Source: Bugula neritina (taxonomy: Eukaryota; Animalia; Bryozoa). From it: DNA of 64,000 nucleotides. The notes under the pieces are model-generated. The model saw only the letters and a program-made list of their open reading frames with translations, searched no databases and was not told the DNA's origin. Of the stretch, positions 47,467-62,600 are shown in pieces. Both the position numbers and the translations under genes were made by a program. Where the stretch lies: the NCBI GenBank assembly GCA_964035545.1, contig CAXIUT010000064.1:6611-70610 (forward strand). Direction: 5' to 3'. Within the stretch, counting starts at the first letter, position 1, and every line of letters starts with the position of its first letter.

Positions 47467-49542
47467 TTTAATTTACCTACAGATTCATCTACCAGTACCT
47501 TGTGTCAACTTAATTCAAATAACCTTTAAACTAATCAAACTTTTTTTTTTTTTTTATCATAGTGACACTTAAAAATCTATTTATTTCATTGCAAGAAAAA
47601 AAAAAAGGTAAGCGTCTTTATTAATCTAAAAACGCTCCGAATGTGATGGGCGGTGTGTGCAAAACTATTGTATTAATTCGCCATAACATCGTTATTTATG
47701 GTTACTAACGATTTCAACTTCTTCACTTCTGTTTCAGAAATGATTCTGCACTTTGATAATTTTTTAAACTGTCTCTAAATTACTTTTTTGAATTTTTTTG
47801 TTTTTATCATTGTAATACGTGTGTAGCCCAATATACTTAGATCGTGAGGACTTGACTTCAATTTACTTTAAAAATACACTTTCATAGAGTTTGTATATCA
47901 ATAACTAGTAAGATTACGTTCGTTATATAAACTTAATTATACACGTCAAAGCACGAACTGACGACAGCCATGCAGTACTATTTAAATATTAATTTAATTT
48001 TAATTTATTTAATTTATTATTATTACATATTGGTAAGATTTTACGTGGATTATCGCATTAAACCACATATTCCACCGTTCGATATAATTCCCGCCAATTC
48101 TGTTAGCTTTGAGATTTGCAACTGTACTCACCAGGTAGATTATTTTAACGTAAATTTTAATAATAATCAACATTCAGGGTAGAGATTACTAGGGTCTCTA
48201 ATCCTATTCATTTCCTCTACTTTCGTGTTTTAGCGTCAGATAAAACCGGTAAAATTCATTAGAATAATGGCAAAATTATTTAAATAATAGCGTATTTTAT
48301 CACTCTTTAAATAAGTTTTTTTACTTTTGTTTAATCTCAAAAATATTTTATATTACACATAATTTCAATTTATAAATCTAGTAGTATGTATAATTTTATT
48401 TAGCCCACACACCTTTTACACCCAATCATGCTGAATAACGCTTGTTGCTCAGGTCTTACCGCGGCTGCTGGCACCTGTATTTGCCACAACTTCTTTTTAT
48501 GTTTAATATCATAATTTTTACATTTGGATAAACTTTACAACTTCTATAGTTTTCGTCGTTTCCGTTAAATTGATAGGTCATACTTTCGTACATTGCCTAA
48601 TATTCTTCACTGCTGCCGTATGGTGGGGTTGTTTTCATACCCCATGTGGATGATTCTTCTCTCAAATCAACTAAAGATTATAGGCATATTAAAACAGCTA
48701 ATTTTAGTTTTAATATATACCTAATCTTACCCCATAAAACGTAAACCTAAAAATTTTTTAAATTATTAAGTATTTAAATATATATATACAATTATATATA
48801 TATATATATATACAATTAATAACTTAATTAGCATTAGTTTATTATTTTTTTATATAAATAGTTTTTAGAAATTTTATAAAAAAAAATTTTATTTAAAATC
48901 ACTTTAAAAATTAAAATTTTATAAAAATAATTTTACCTAAAATTACTTTAAAAAATTAAAATTTTATAAACTTTATTATATCTAATAAATAAAGTAAAAT
49001 AATAAAAAAATTTTTTATAATAATTAACAAAAATAAATACAAAAAATTTAATAACATTTTCCTAAGACAACAATTAAATAAAAATATTGGTTTATATTTT
49101 ATTTATTTGCCTCCATAAAGTGGCATACGTATATTGGTATCGTTGTTAATACCGTACCAATATACAGATTAATTCAAAATTAATTAATAATTTATTTTTC
49201 AAAAAAATTAATTAATACAATTAAAATACTATTGTTAATGTAGTAAATTTAATATTAAGAATAAATCTTTTGTCTGTATACCCCCTTAACATAGTTAAAT
49301 TTACTAATACTTATAACACGAATATACACACAACTTTCATGTGTACATTTTCTACGTTAAAAATTTTTTAAATCTATTAAAAGTATTTAACTTTCAGAAT
49401 CCTATTTTACTAAGCTTACTCACCACGACGCTATTTTATTTATTTTTTAAATTTTTAATTTAAAAAATAATCCCATTCAACTTGCATGTGTTATACATTT
49501 AACTAGCGTTCACTCTAAGCCAAGATCACACTCATAAATTTA
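47467..49542 (-). rRNA. rns: Small-subunit rRNA, probably split, with an AT-rich spacer or expansion at ~48750-49390
   Basis: 5' GAGTGTGATCTTGGCTTAG, GTGCCAGCAGCCGCGGTAA, GCACACACCGCCC and 3' ACAAGGTA...GATGAATCTG. Confidence 0.95.
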
Positions 49543-49619
49543 ATTACTAACCTTGATTCACAATATGTATATATATATATATATATATAAATTTTAATTA
49601 TTAAAACTTAACTAAAGAA

Positions 49620-50700
49620 AAAAAATAAAGATAGATTTTTAATTTTTTTTTTTTGTTTATTATAAATAAAGTAATATCAAATAGAGATATGTTTTATTAA
49701 ATAAAAAAATTACTTAGTAGAAATTTTTTTATAAACTTTTTTTATCTATTATAAATATAGCAACATTAAACAAAAATATGTTTTTTTTTTACTGGTAAAA
49801 AAAAAATTTTTATTTATTATAAGTAAGGCAATATTTAGTGGATATATTTTAGTGATTAAAAAATACTTGGTAGAATTTTTTTTATCTATTATAAGTAATA
49901 AAATATTAAGTTACAATATATTTTTACTTATAAAAAAAAAAATATTTAATAGAAATTTTTTTTATTTTCTGTTTATTATAAGTAATAATACATTAAGTTA
50001 TAACATATTTTTACTTGTAAAAAAAAAAATATTTAATAGAAATTGTTATAATTTTTTTTTATTTATTATTTATTATAGGTAATAAAACATTAAATTATAA
50101 CATATTTTTATTTGTAAAAAAAAAAACTATTTAATAGAAATTTTTTTTATTTTCTGTTTATTATAAGTAATAAAACATTAAGTTATAACATATTTTTACT
50201 TGTAAAAAAAAAATATTTAATAGAAATTTTTATAATTTTTTTTTTTATTTATTATTTATTATAAATAATAAAACATTAAATTATAACATATTTTTATTTG
50301 TAAAAAAAAAAAAACTATTTAATAGAAATTTTTTTTACTTTTCTGTTTATTATAAGTAATAATCCGTTAAGTTATAACATATTTTTACTTGTAAAAAAAA
50401 AAATATTTAATAGAAATTTTTATAATTTTTTTTTATTTATTATTTATTATAGGTAATAAAACATTAAATTATAACATATTTTTATTTGTAAAAAAAAAAA
50501 CTATTTAATAGAAATTTTTTTTACTTTTCTGTTTATTATAAGTAATAAACCGTTAAGTTATAACATATTTTTACTTGTAAAAAAAAAATTATTTAGTAAA
50601 AATTTTTATAATTTTTTTTATCTATTATTAATAAAGTAACGCTGAATAAATATATTTTTTAGTGATCAAGAATAGTTTAAATAGAATTTTTTGAAAACTT
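49620..50700. repeat. Repeat family A, locus 3 (~95-105-bp units, about 7 good plus degenerate flanking copies)
   Basis: Same unit as 1140-1690 and 13890-14420, in the same orientation. Confidence 0.9.
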
Positions 50701-52279
50701 TTTATAACTATCTTATCCTGTATATACGAAAAAAATAATAAGATAGAATATATATATGTATATATTACTTATATTATATTAGTATAAAATTTTTAAGTTA
50801 CTTATCTTATATTATATTAGTATAAAATTTTTAAGTTATTTATTTTTTTTAAAAATATTATAAAATACAATGATAAAACATATAAATATTATATAATTTC
50901 TAATTCTATAAAATTTTACATAACTTTTTTTTTTGATATAAATAGTATAAAAATAATAATAATAAAAATTCTACAGGTAAATTATTTTAAATTTTTTTTA
51001 TATTCTCCCTTTTTTTTTTCGTATAAGTTGCAAGATTAAAAAAAAAAAAATATTTATGAAAAAATAATTTTTTAAATTTTTCATATAAACTATTTGCTGC
51101 AGAAATTGTAAAGTAATAAAAACGTAGAAAGATTTTTATAAAGAAAAAAAAAAAGCATTCATTAGAAATAAAATACTTCTTTTATTATAAATATTGGGTA
51201 AGAAGAATAACAAATTAAAAAGTAAATATGAATTATCTTCAAAAATTGATTTTTTTCTCTTTTTTTTTTTATTAACTATGTAAAAAGAATCATATAAAGA
51301 TTATATTTCTAATACAAAGTATTAATTAATTAAAATTTTTTGTATAATAAATTATTAAAAATTTTATTAACTTATCATATTAAAGTAAGTATATATATAT
51401 ATATACTAGTACAAGTACTAACTGCACATTTAAAAAAAAAAAATAACAATTTATTATTAATAGTCAAAAAATAATATGTAATTTCATAAATTAATAATAA
51501 TTATCATAATACTCAGTTAAATAATAATTATTATTATTAATAACATAATTAATTAACACACTAATAAATAAAATAATATAGAAAATTTTAAACAATATAC
51601 CATATTTTATTTACCAACAACTAAAAAACTATAAAGTTTTTAATGCAAATTATTTAAAAAATATGATAAAAAAAGTATAATTTTCTTTAATAAACAATTA
51701 ATTTTAATTTTGTATGCACATATATATATCTTATAATTAATTTTACTCTTCAACAATAACATAAAACACCCTTCCAATCATCACTGATCATTGATATTAA
51801 TAAAACATATTACAAATTGATGATCAATTGATGATAATTATAATTAAATAATTAATCATATCAATATGTATGTATTCATACAACTATAATTTAAAAAAAA
51901 AAAATGTGATTAGTAATTTTTTCCTTCTAACCAATAAATTAGAATACATTATATTTCAAATACCATTATATTACAAATTACATTTAAACTTTAAAATGTT
52001 TTTAATAAAATAAAATAAAAAATATTTTTGTTATAAATTACTAATAACTATACAATTAAATAATCTAATATAATTAATTGTTATTTATACTTAATATAAA
52101 TAAATAAATACAAATTAATTTTTTTTTTTATAAGTATAAATATACTATAAATTTTTAATATACAATGAAGAATTGTAATTTATTACTATTCATTTATAGA
52201 TATATTATGATTATATTAACTTTATCAAATTTTACTATATTACAACATACATATATATTGCGAATATGTCAATTCCTTT

Positions 52280-52930
52280 TATTATATATTAAATTATATA
52301 TATATTGTAATATACAAATATAAATATTATAATTACATATATATATATTTTATAATTATATATTTATATAATGTAATATAATATATAAATATATATATAT
52401 AAAAAAATTTATTATTTACATAATATAATATATAAATATTTATTTATATAATATATAAATTTATTATTTATATATATATGTATATATATATATATATATT
52501 AAAAATATAAAATTATATATTTATATAATATATATAATATAATAAATAAATATATATTTATATAATACATAAATTTATTATTTATGTATATATATATATA
52601 TATTTATATTTATATAATATATATAATATAATAAATAAATATATATTTATATAATATATAAATTTATTATTTATATAATATATATAATATATATAATATA
52701 ATATATATATAGATATATATGTATAATTAAATATAAATTTATATATTTATAATATGTATATATATATATATATATAAATTTATATATTTATATGATATAT
52801 ATATATATTTATTATATAGTTATATGATATATATAATGTAATATATATATATATATAAATATAAATGATATATACATATATAATTATAAAATATATAAAC
52901 ATATACGTATATGTATAATGTATATAAATA
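52280..52930. repeat. Nearly pure TA-rich low-complexity tract; candidate control region
   Basis: (TA)n runs and short direct repeats such as atatatataatataataaataaatatata; almost no G or C. Confidence 0.8.
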
Positions 52931-53639
52931 AAAAATTGAAGTATAAATTCGTATAAAATAATATTAATTTGGTCTTATTTTTAATAATTAAATATTAAAT
53001 TTTATATTAATATATATGGGTATATGTATAAGTTTTACAATTGTATAAGTGTATAAAGTATATATTAAATTTTTTTTAAGTATATTATTAAGATATGTTG
53101 ATTGTAAGAGTATTAGATATATTAAATATAGAAAAATTAAAAATTTGATAATTGTCGTAATTTATTAATTTATATGGGTTATATGTTTTTACGTAGGTAT
53201 AAGTCTGTTAGTATGTATATACATATTTATATTAGGCATTATAATGGTATATGTGTTTAGTATATATATAAAAGTGTATTTTTATAAGATTGGTTATGTA
53301 ATTATATCGATGCATATTTGATAAACTAATTGTATTTAGAAAAGGATAAAAAGCGTAATATATGTATATATATATATATAATTGGTTAATTGATGTGGTT
53401 ATAAGTAATTTATTTAGTAGTAAAGTGATTGATTGATAATTATAGATATAAGTATGGGTATATATTTACGTACACAGATAAATTTTTTTATGAATAAATA
53501 TATTTGAAATAATGGTGATATGGCTATTCTTAATTGTAATTTTTTCATATTTTATAATTAAAGTTGAAGTTATGGTATTAATATAAATATATTTATTTGA
53601 GCGTTAACTATACTAATTTTAAATATTTTTTTTTAATTA

Positions 53640-56600
53640 TTATTATAAATTTTTTTATATAAAATTTATTTAAATACTTTATTTATCAAATTTTAAAGAT
53701 TTTTTATAATAAAATAAAGCTGTAAATTTCTTACACAAAACTTACTTAATTACCTTATTTATCAAATTTTAAATATTTTTTATAATAAATTAAAGTTATA
53801 AATTTCTTACATAAAATCTACTTGAATAACTTATCTATCAAATTTTAAATATTTTTATAATAAATTAAAGTTATAAATTTCTTACATAAAACCTACTTGA
53901 ATAACTTATCTATCAAATTTTAAATACCTTTTTATAATAAATTAAAGTTATAAATTTCTTACATAAAACCTATTTGAATAACTTATCTATCAAATTTTAA
54001 ATATTTTTTATAATAAATTAAAGCTGTAAATTTCTTACATAAAACCTACTTGAATAACTTATCTATCAAATTTTAAATATTTTTATAATAAATTAAAGTT
54101 ATAAATTTCTTACATAAAACCTACTTAAATAACTTATCTATCAAATTTTAAATATTTTTTATAATAAATTAAAGCTGTAAATTTCTTACATAAAACCTAC
54201 TTGAATAACTTATCTATCAAATTTTAAATATTTTTATAATAAATTAAAGTTATAAATTTCTTATATAAAACCTACTTAATTACCTTATCTATCAAATTTT
54301 AAATACCTTTTTATAATAAATTAAAGTTATAAATTTCTTATATAAAACCTACTTAATTACCTTATCTATCAAATTTTAAATACCTTTTTATAATAAATTA
54401 AAGTTATAAATTTCTTACATAAAACCTACTTAAATAACTTATCTATCAAATTTTAAATACCTTTTTATAATAAATTAAAGCTGTAAATTTCTTACATAAA
54501 ACCTACTTGAATAATTTATTTATATAAGATTTGTATAAGAAATTTATAACTTTAATTTATTATATAAAACCTACTTAATTACCTTATCTATCAAATTTTA
54601 AATACCTTTTTATAATAAATTAAAGCTGTAAATTTCTTACATAAAACCTACTTGAATAATTTATTTATATAAGATTTGTATAAGAAATTTATAACTTTAA
54701 TTTATTATAAAAAGGTATTTAAAATTTGATAGATAAGTTATTTAAGTAGGTTTTATGTAAGAAATTTATAACTTTAATTTATTATAAAAAATATTTAAAA
54801 TTTGATAGATAAGGTAATTAAGTAGGTTTTATATAAGAAATTTATAACTTTAATTTATTATAAAAAGGTATTTAAAATTTGATAGATAAGTTATTTAAGT
54901 AAGTTTTATGTAAGAAATTTATAACTTTAATTTATTATAAAAAGGTATTTAAAATTTGATAGATAAGGTAATTAAGTAGGTTTTATGTAAGAAATTTATA
55001 ACTTTAATTTATTATAAAAATATTTAAAATTTGATAGATAAGTTATTTAAGTAAATTTCTTATATAAAACCTACTTAATTACCTTATCTATCAAATTTTA
55101 AATATTTTTATAATAAATTAAAGTTATAAATTTCTTATATAAAACCTACTTGAATAACTTATCTATCAAATTTTAAATACCTTTTTATAATAAATTAAAG
55201 TTATAAATTTCTTATATAAAACCTACTTAATTACCTTATCTATCAAATTTTAAATACCTTTTTATAATAAATTAAAGTTATAAATTTCTTACATAAAACC
55301 TATTTGAATAACTTATCTATCAAATTTTAAATACCTTTTTATAATAAATTAAAGCTGTAAATTTCTTACATAAAACCTACTTAATTACCTTATCTATCAA
55401 ATTTTAAATACCTTTTTATAATAAATTAAAGTTATAAATTTCTTATATAAAACCTACTTAATTACCTTATCTATCAAATTTTAAATATTTTTTATAATAA
55501 ATTAAAGTTATAAATTTCTTACATAAAACCTATTTGAATAACTTATCTATCAAATTTTAATACCTTTTTATAATAAATTAAAGCTGTAAATTTCTTACAT
55601 AAAACCTACTTAATTACCTTATCTATCAAATTTTAAATACCTTTTTATAATAAATTAAAGTTATAAATTTCTTACATAAAACCTACTTAAATAACTTATC
55701 TATCAAATTTTAAATACCTTTTTATAATAAATTAAAGTTATAAATTTCTTATACAAATCTTATATAAATAAATTATTCAAGTAGGTTTTATGTAAGAAAT
55801 TTATAACTTTAATTTATTATAAAAAATATTTAAAATTTGATAGATAAGGTAATTAAGTAGGTTTTATATAAGAAATTTATAACTTTAATTTATTATAAAA
55901 AGGTATTTAAAATTTGATAGATAAGTTATTTAAGTAAGTTTTATGTAAGAAATTTATAACTTTAATTTATTATAAAAAGTTATTATTGTTATTTAAAATT
56001 TGATAGATAAGGTAATTAAGTAGGTTTTATGTAAGAAATTTATAACTTTAATTTATTATAAAAATATTTAAAATTTGATAGATAAGTTATTTAAGTAAAT
56101 TTCTTATATAAAACCTACTTAATTACCTTATCTATCAAATTTTAAATATTTTTATAATAAATTAAAGTTATAAATTTCTTATATAAAACCTACTTAAATA
56201 ACTTATCTATCAAATTTTAAATATTTTTTATAATAAATTAAAGCTGTAAATTTCTTACATAAAACCTACTTAATTACCTTATCTATCAAATTTTAAATAC
56301 CTTTTTATAATAAATTAAAGTTATAAATTTCTTATATAAAACCTACTTAATTACCTTATCTATCAAATTTTAAATATTTTTTATAATAAATTAAAGCTGT
56401 AAATTTCTTACATAAAACCTACTTGAATAATTTATTTATATAAGATTTGTATAAGAAATTTATAACTTTAATTTATTATAAAAAGGTATTTAAAATTTGA
56501 TAGATAAGTTATTTAAGTAGGTTTTATGTAAGAAATTTATAACTTTAATTTATTATAAAAAATATTTAAAATTTGATAGATAAGGTAATTAAGTAGGTTT

Positions 56601-59600
56601 TATATAAGAAATTTATAACTTTAATTTATTATAAAAAGGTATTTAAAATTTGATAGATAAGGTAATTAAGTAGGTTTTATGTAAGAAATTTACAGCTTTA
56701 ATTTATTATAAAAAATATTTAAAATTTGATAGATAAGGTAATTAAGTAGGTTTTATATAAGAAATTTATAACTTTAATTTATTATAAAAAGGTATTTAAA
56801 ATTTGATAGATAAGTTATTTAAGTAAGTTTTATGTAAGAAATTTATAACTTTAATTTATTATAAAAAGGTATTTAAAATTTGATAGATAAGGTAATTAAG
56901 TAGGTTTTATGTAAGAAATTTATAACTTTAATTTATTATAAAAATATTTAAAATTTGATAGATAAGTTATTTAAGTAAATTTCTTATATAAAACCTACTT
57001 AATTACCTTATCTATCAAATTTTAAATATTTTTATAATAAATTAAAGTTATAAATTTCTTATATAAAACCTACTTAAATAACTTATCTATCAAATTTTAA
57101 ATATTTTTTATAATAAATTAAAGCTGTAAATTTCTTACATAAAACCTACTTAATTACCTTATCTATCAAATTTTAAATACCTTTTTATAATAAATTAAAG
57201 TTATAAATTTCTTATATAAAACCTACTTAATTACCTTATCTATCAAATTTTAAATATTTTTTATAATAAATTAAAGCTGTAAATTTCTTACATAAAACCT
57301 ACTTAATTACCTTATCTATCAAATTTTAAATACCTTTTTATAATAAATTAAAGTTATAAATTTCTTATATAAAACCTACTTAATTACCTTATCTATCAAA
57401 TTTTAAATACCTTTTTATAATAAATTAAAGTTATAAATTTCTTATATAAAACCTACTTAATTACCTTATCTATCAAATTTTAAATATTTTTTATAATAAA
57501 TTAAAGTTATAAATTTCTTACATAAAACCTACTTAAATAACTTATCTATCAAATTTTAAATACCTTTTTATAATAAATTAAAGTTATAAATTTCTTATAC
57601 AAATCTTATATAAATAAATTATTCAAGTAGGTTTTATGTAAGAAATTTACAGCTTTAATTTATTATAAAAAATATTTAAAATTTGATAGATAAGGTAATT
57701 AAGTAGGTTTTATATAAGAAATTTATAACTTTAATTTATTATAAAAAGGTATTTAAAATTTGATAGATAAGGTAATTAAGTAGGTTTTATGTAAGAAATT
57801 TACAGCTTTAATTTATTATAAAAAATATTTAAAATTTGATAGATAAGTTATTTAAGTAGGTTTTATATAAGAAATTTATAACTTTAATTTATTATAAAAA
57901 TATTTAAAATTTGATAGATAAGGTAATTAAGTAGGTTTTATATAAGAAATTTACTTAAATAACTTATCTATCAAATTTTAAATATTTTTATAATAAATTA
58001 AAGTTATAAATTTCTTACATAAAACCTACTTAATTACCTTATCTATCAAATTTTAAATACCTTTTTATAATAAATTAAAGTTATAAATTTCTTACATAAA
58101 ACTTACTTAAATAACTTATCTATCAAATTTTAAATACCTTTTTATAATAAATTAAAGTTATAAATTTCTTATATAAAACCTACTTAATTACCTTATCTAT
58201 CAAATTTTAAATATTTTTTATAATAAATTAAAGTTATAAATTTCTTATACAAATCTTATATAAATAAATTATTCAAGTAGGTTTTATGTAAGAAATTTAC
58301 AACTTTAATTTATTATAAAAAATATTTAAAATTTGATAGATAAGGTAATTAAGTAGGTTTTATATAAGAAATTTATAACTTTAATTTATTATAAAAAGGT
58401 ATTTAAAATTTGATAGATAAGTTATTTAAGTAAGTTTTATGTAAGAAATTTATAACTTTAATTTATTATAAAAAGGTATTTAAAATTTGATAGATAAGGT
58501 AATTAAGTAGGTTTTATGTAAGAAATTTATAACTTTAATTTATTATAAAAATATTTAAAATTTGATAGATAAGTTATTTAAGTAAATTTCTTATATAAAA
58601 CCTACTTAATTACCTTATCTATCAAATTTTAAATATTTTTATAATAAATTAAAGTTATAAATTTCTTATATAAAACCTACTTAAATAACTTATCTATCAA
58701 ATTTTAAATATTTTTTATAATAAATTAAAGCTGTAAATTTCTTACATAAAACCTACTTAATTACCTTATCTATCAAATTTTAAATACCTTTTTATAATAA
58801 ATTAAAGTTATAAATTTCTTATATAAAACCTACTTAATTACCTTATCTATCAAATTTTAAATATTTTTTATAATAAATTAAAGCTGTAAATTTCTTACAT
58901 AAAACCTACTTGAATAATTTATTTATATAAGATTTGTATAAGAAATTTATAACTTTAATTTATTATAAAAAGGTATTTAAAATTTGATAGATAAGTTATT
59001 TAAGTAGGTTTTATGTAAGAAATTTATAACTTTAATTTATTATAAAAAATATTTAAAATTTGATAGATAAGGTAATTAAGTAGGTTTTATATAAGAAATT
59101 TATAACTTTAATTTATTATAAAAAGGTATTTAAAATTTGATAGATAAGGTAATTAAGTAGGTTTTATGTAAGAAATTTACAGCTTTAATTTATTATAAAA
59201 AATATTTAAAATTTGATAGATAAGGTAATTAAGTAGGTTTTATATAAGAAATTTATAACTTTAATTTATTATAAAAAGGTATTTAAAATTTGATAGATAA
59301 GTTATTTAAGTAGGTTTTATGTAAGAAATTTACAGCTTTAATTTATTATAAAAAATATTTAAAATTTGATAGATAAGGTAATTAAGTAGGTTTTATATAA
59401 GAAATTTATAACTTTAATTTATTATAAAAAGGTATTTAAAATTTGATAGATAAGGTAATTAAGTAGGTTTTATGTAAGAAATTTACAGCTTTAATTTATT
59501 ATAAAAAATATTTAAAATTTGATAGATAAGTTATTTAAGTAGGTTTTATATAAGAAATTTATAACTTTAATTTATTATAAAAATATTTAAAATTTGATAG

Positions 59601-62600
59601 ATAAGGTAATTAAGTAGGTTTTATATAAGAAATTTACTTAAATAACTTATCTATCAAATTTTAAATATTTTTATAATAAATTAAAGTTATAAATTTCTTA
59701 CATAAAACCTACTTAATTACCTTATCTATCAAATTTTAAATACCTTTTTATAATAAATTAAAGTTATAAATTTCTTACATAAAACTTACTTAAATAACTT
59801 ATCTATCAAATTTTAAATACCTTTTTATAATAAATTAAAGTTATAAATTTCTTATATAAAACCTACTTAATTACCTTATCTATCAAATTTTAAATATTTT
59901 TTATAATAAATTAAAGCTGTAAATTTCTTACATAAAACCTACTTAATTACCTTATCTATCAAATTTTAAATACCTTTTTATAATAAATTAAAGTTATAAA
60001 TTTCTTATATAAAACCTACTTAATTACCTTATCTATCAAATTTTAAATATTTTTTTATAATAAATTAAAGTTATAAATTTCTTACATAAAACCTACTTAA
60101 ATAACTTATCTATCAAATTTTAAATACCTTTTTATAATAAATTAAAGTTATAAATTTCTTATACAAATCTTATATAAATAAATTATTCAAGTAGGTTTTA
60201 TGTAAGAAATTTATAACTTTAATTTATTATAAAAAGGTATTTAAAATTTGATAGATAAGGTAATTAAGTAGGTTTTATGTAAGAAATTTATAACTTTAAT
60301 TTATTATAAAAATATTTAAAATTTGATAGATAAGTTATTTAAGTAAATTTCTTATATAAAACCTACTTAATTACCTTATCTATCAAATTTTAAATATTTT
60401 TATAATAAATTAAAGTTATAAATTTCTTATATAAAACCTACTTAAATAACTTATCTATCAAATTTAAATATTTTTTATAATAAATTAAAGCTGTAAATTT
60501 CTTACATAAAACCTACTTAATTACCTTATCTATCAAATTTTAAATACCTTTTTATAATAAATTAAAGTTATAAATTTCTTATATAAAACCTACTTAATTA
60601 CCTTATCTATCAAATTTTAAATATTTTTTATAATAAATTAAAGTTATAAATTTCTTACATAAAACCTACTTAAATAACTTATCTATCAAATTTTAAATAC
60701 CTTTTTATAATAAATTAAAGTTATAAATTTCTTATACAAATCTTATATAAATAAATTATTCAAGTAGGTTTTATGTAAGAAATTTACAGCTTTAATTTAT
60801 TATAAAAAATATTTAAAATTTGATAGATAAGGTAATTAAGTAGGTTTTATATAAGAAATTTATAACTTTAATTTATTATAAAAAGGTATTTAAAATTTGA
60901 TAGATAAGGTAATTAAGTAGGTTTTATGTAAGAAATTTACAGCTTTAATTTATTATAAAAAATATTTAAAATTTGATAGATAAGTTATTTAAGTAGGTTT
61001 TATATAAGAAATTTATAACTTTAATTTATTATAAAAATATTTAAAATTTGATAGATAAGGTAATTAAGTAGGTTTTATATAAGAAATTTACTTAAATAAC
61101 TTATCTATCAAATTTTAAATATTTTTATAATAAATTAAAGTTATAAATTTCTTACATAAAACCTACTTAATTACCTTATCTATCAAATTTTAAATACCTT
61201 TTTATAATAAATTAAAGCTGTAAATTTCTTACATAAAACCTACTTAATTACCTTATCTATCAAATTTTAAATACCTTTTTATAATAAATTAAAGTTATAA
61301 ATTTCTTATATAAAACCTACTTAATTACCTTATCTATCAAATTTTAAATATTTTTTATAATAAATTAAAGCTGTAAATTTCTTACATAAAACCTACTTGA
61401 ATAATTTATTTATATAAGATTTGTATAAGAAATTTATAACTTTAATTTATTATAAAAAGGTATTTAAAATTTGATAGATAAGTTATTTAAGTAGGTTTTA
61501 TGTAAGAAATTTATAACTTTAATTTATTATAAAAAATATTTAAAATTTGATAGATAAGGTAATTAAGTAGGTTTTATATAAGAAATTTATAACTTTAATT
61601 TATTATAAAAAGGTATTTAAAATTTGATAGATAAGGTAATTAAGTAGGTTTTATGTAAGAAATTTACAGCTTTAATTTATTATAAAAAATATTTAAAATT
61701 TGATAGATAAGTTATTTAAGTAGGTTTTATATAAGAAATTTATAACTTTAATTTATTATAAAAATATTTAAAATTTGATAGATAAGGTAATTAAGTAGGT
61801 TTTATATAAGAAATTTACTTAAATAACTTATCTATCAAATTTTAAATATTTTTATAATAAATTAAAGTTATAAATTTCTTACATAAAACCTACTTAATTA
61901 CCTTATCTATCAAATTTTAAATACCTTTTTATAATAAATTAAAGTTATAAATTTCTTACATAAAACCTACTTGAATAATTTATTTATATAAGATTTGTAT
62001 AAGAAATTTATAACTTTAATTTATTATAAAAAGGTATTTAAAATTTGATAGATAAGTTATTTAAGTAGGTTTTATGTAAGAAATTTATAACTTTAATTTA
62101 TTATAAAAAATATTTAAAATTTGATAGATAAGGTAATTAAGTAGGTTTTATATAAGAAATTTATAACTTTAATTTATTATAAAAAGGTATTTAAAATTTG
62201 ATAGATAAGGTAATTAAGTAGGTTTTATGTAAGAAATTTACAGCTTTAATTTATTATAAAAAATATTTAAAATTTGATAGATAAGGTAATTAAGTAGGTT
62301 TTATATAAGAAATTTATAACTTTAATTTATTATAAAAAGGTATTTAAAATTTGATAGATAAGTTATTTAAGTAAGTTTTATGTAAGAAATTTATAACTTT
62401 AATTTATTATAAAAAGGTATTTAAAATTTGATAGATAAGGTAATTAAGTAGGTTTTATGTAAGAAATTTATAACTTTAATTTATTATAAAAATATTTAAA
62501 ATTTGATAGATAAGTTATTTAAGTAAATTTCTTATATAAAACCTACTTAATTACCTTATCTATCAAATTTTAAATATTTTTATAATAAATTAAAGTTATA

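Noticed and set aside
44969-48182. Track ORFs 44969..45166, 44980..45192 and 47970..48182
   Set aside because: They fall inside conserved rRNA sequence.
49852-50082. 76-aa plus-strand ORF
   Set aside because: Translation of the family A tandem repeat.
50900-51400. Possible hydrophobic minus-strand ORF
   Set aside because: Only ~55-65-codon stretches in shifting frames with no recognisable motif; cannot support a gene.
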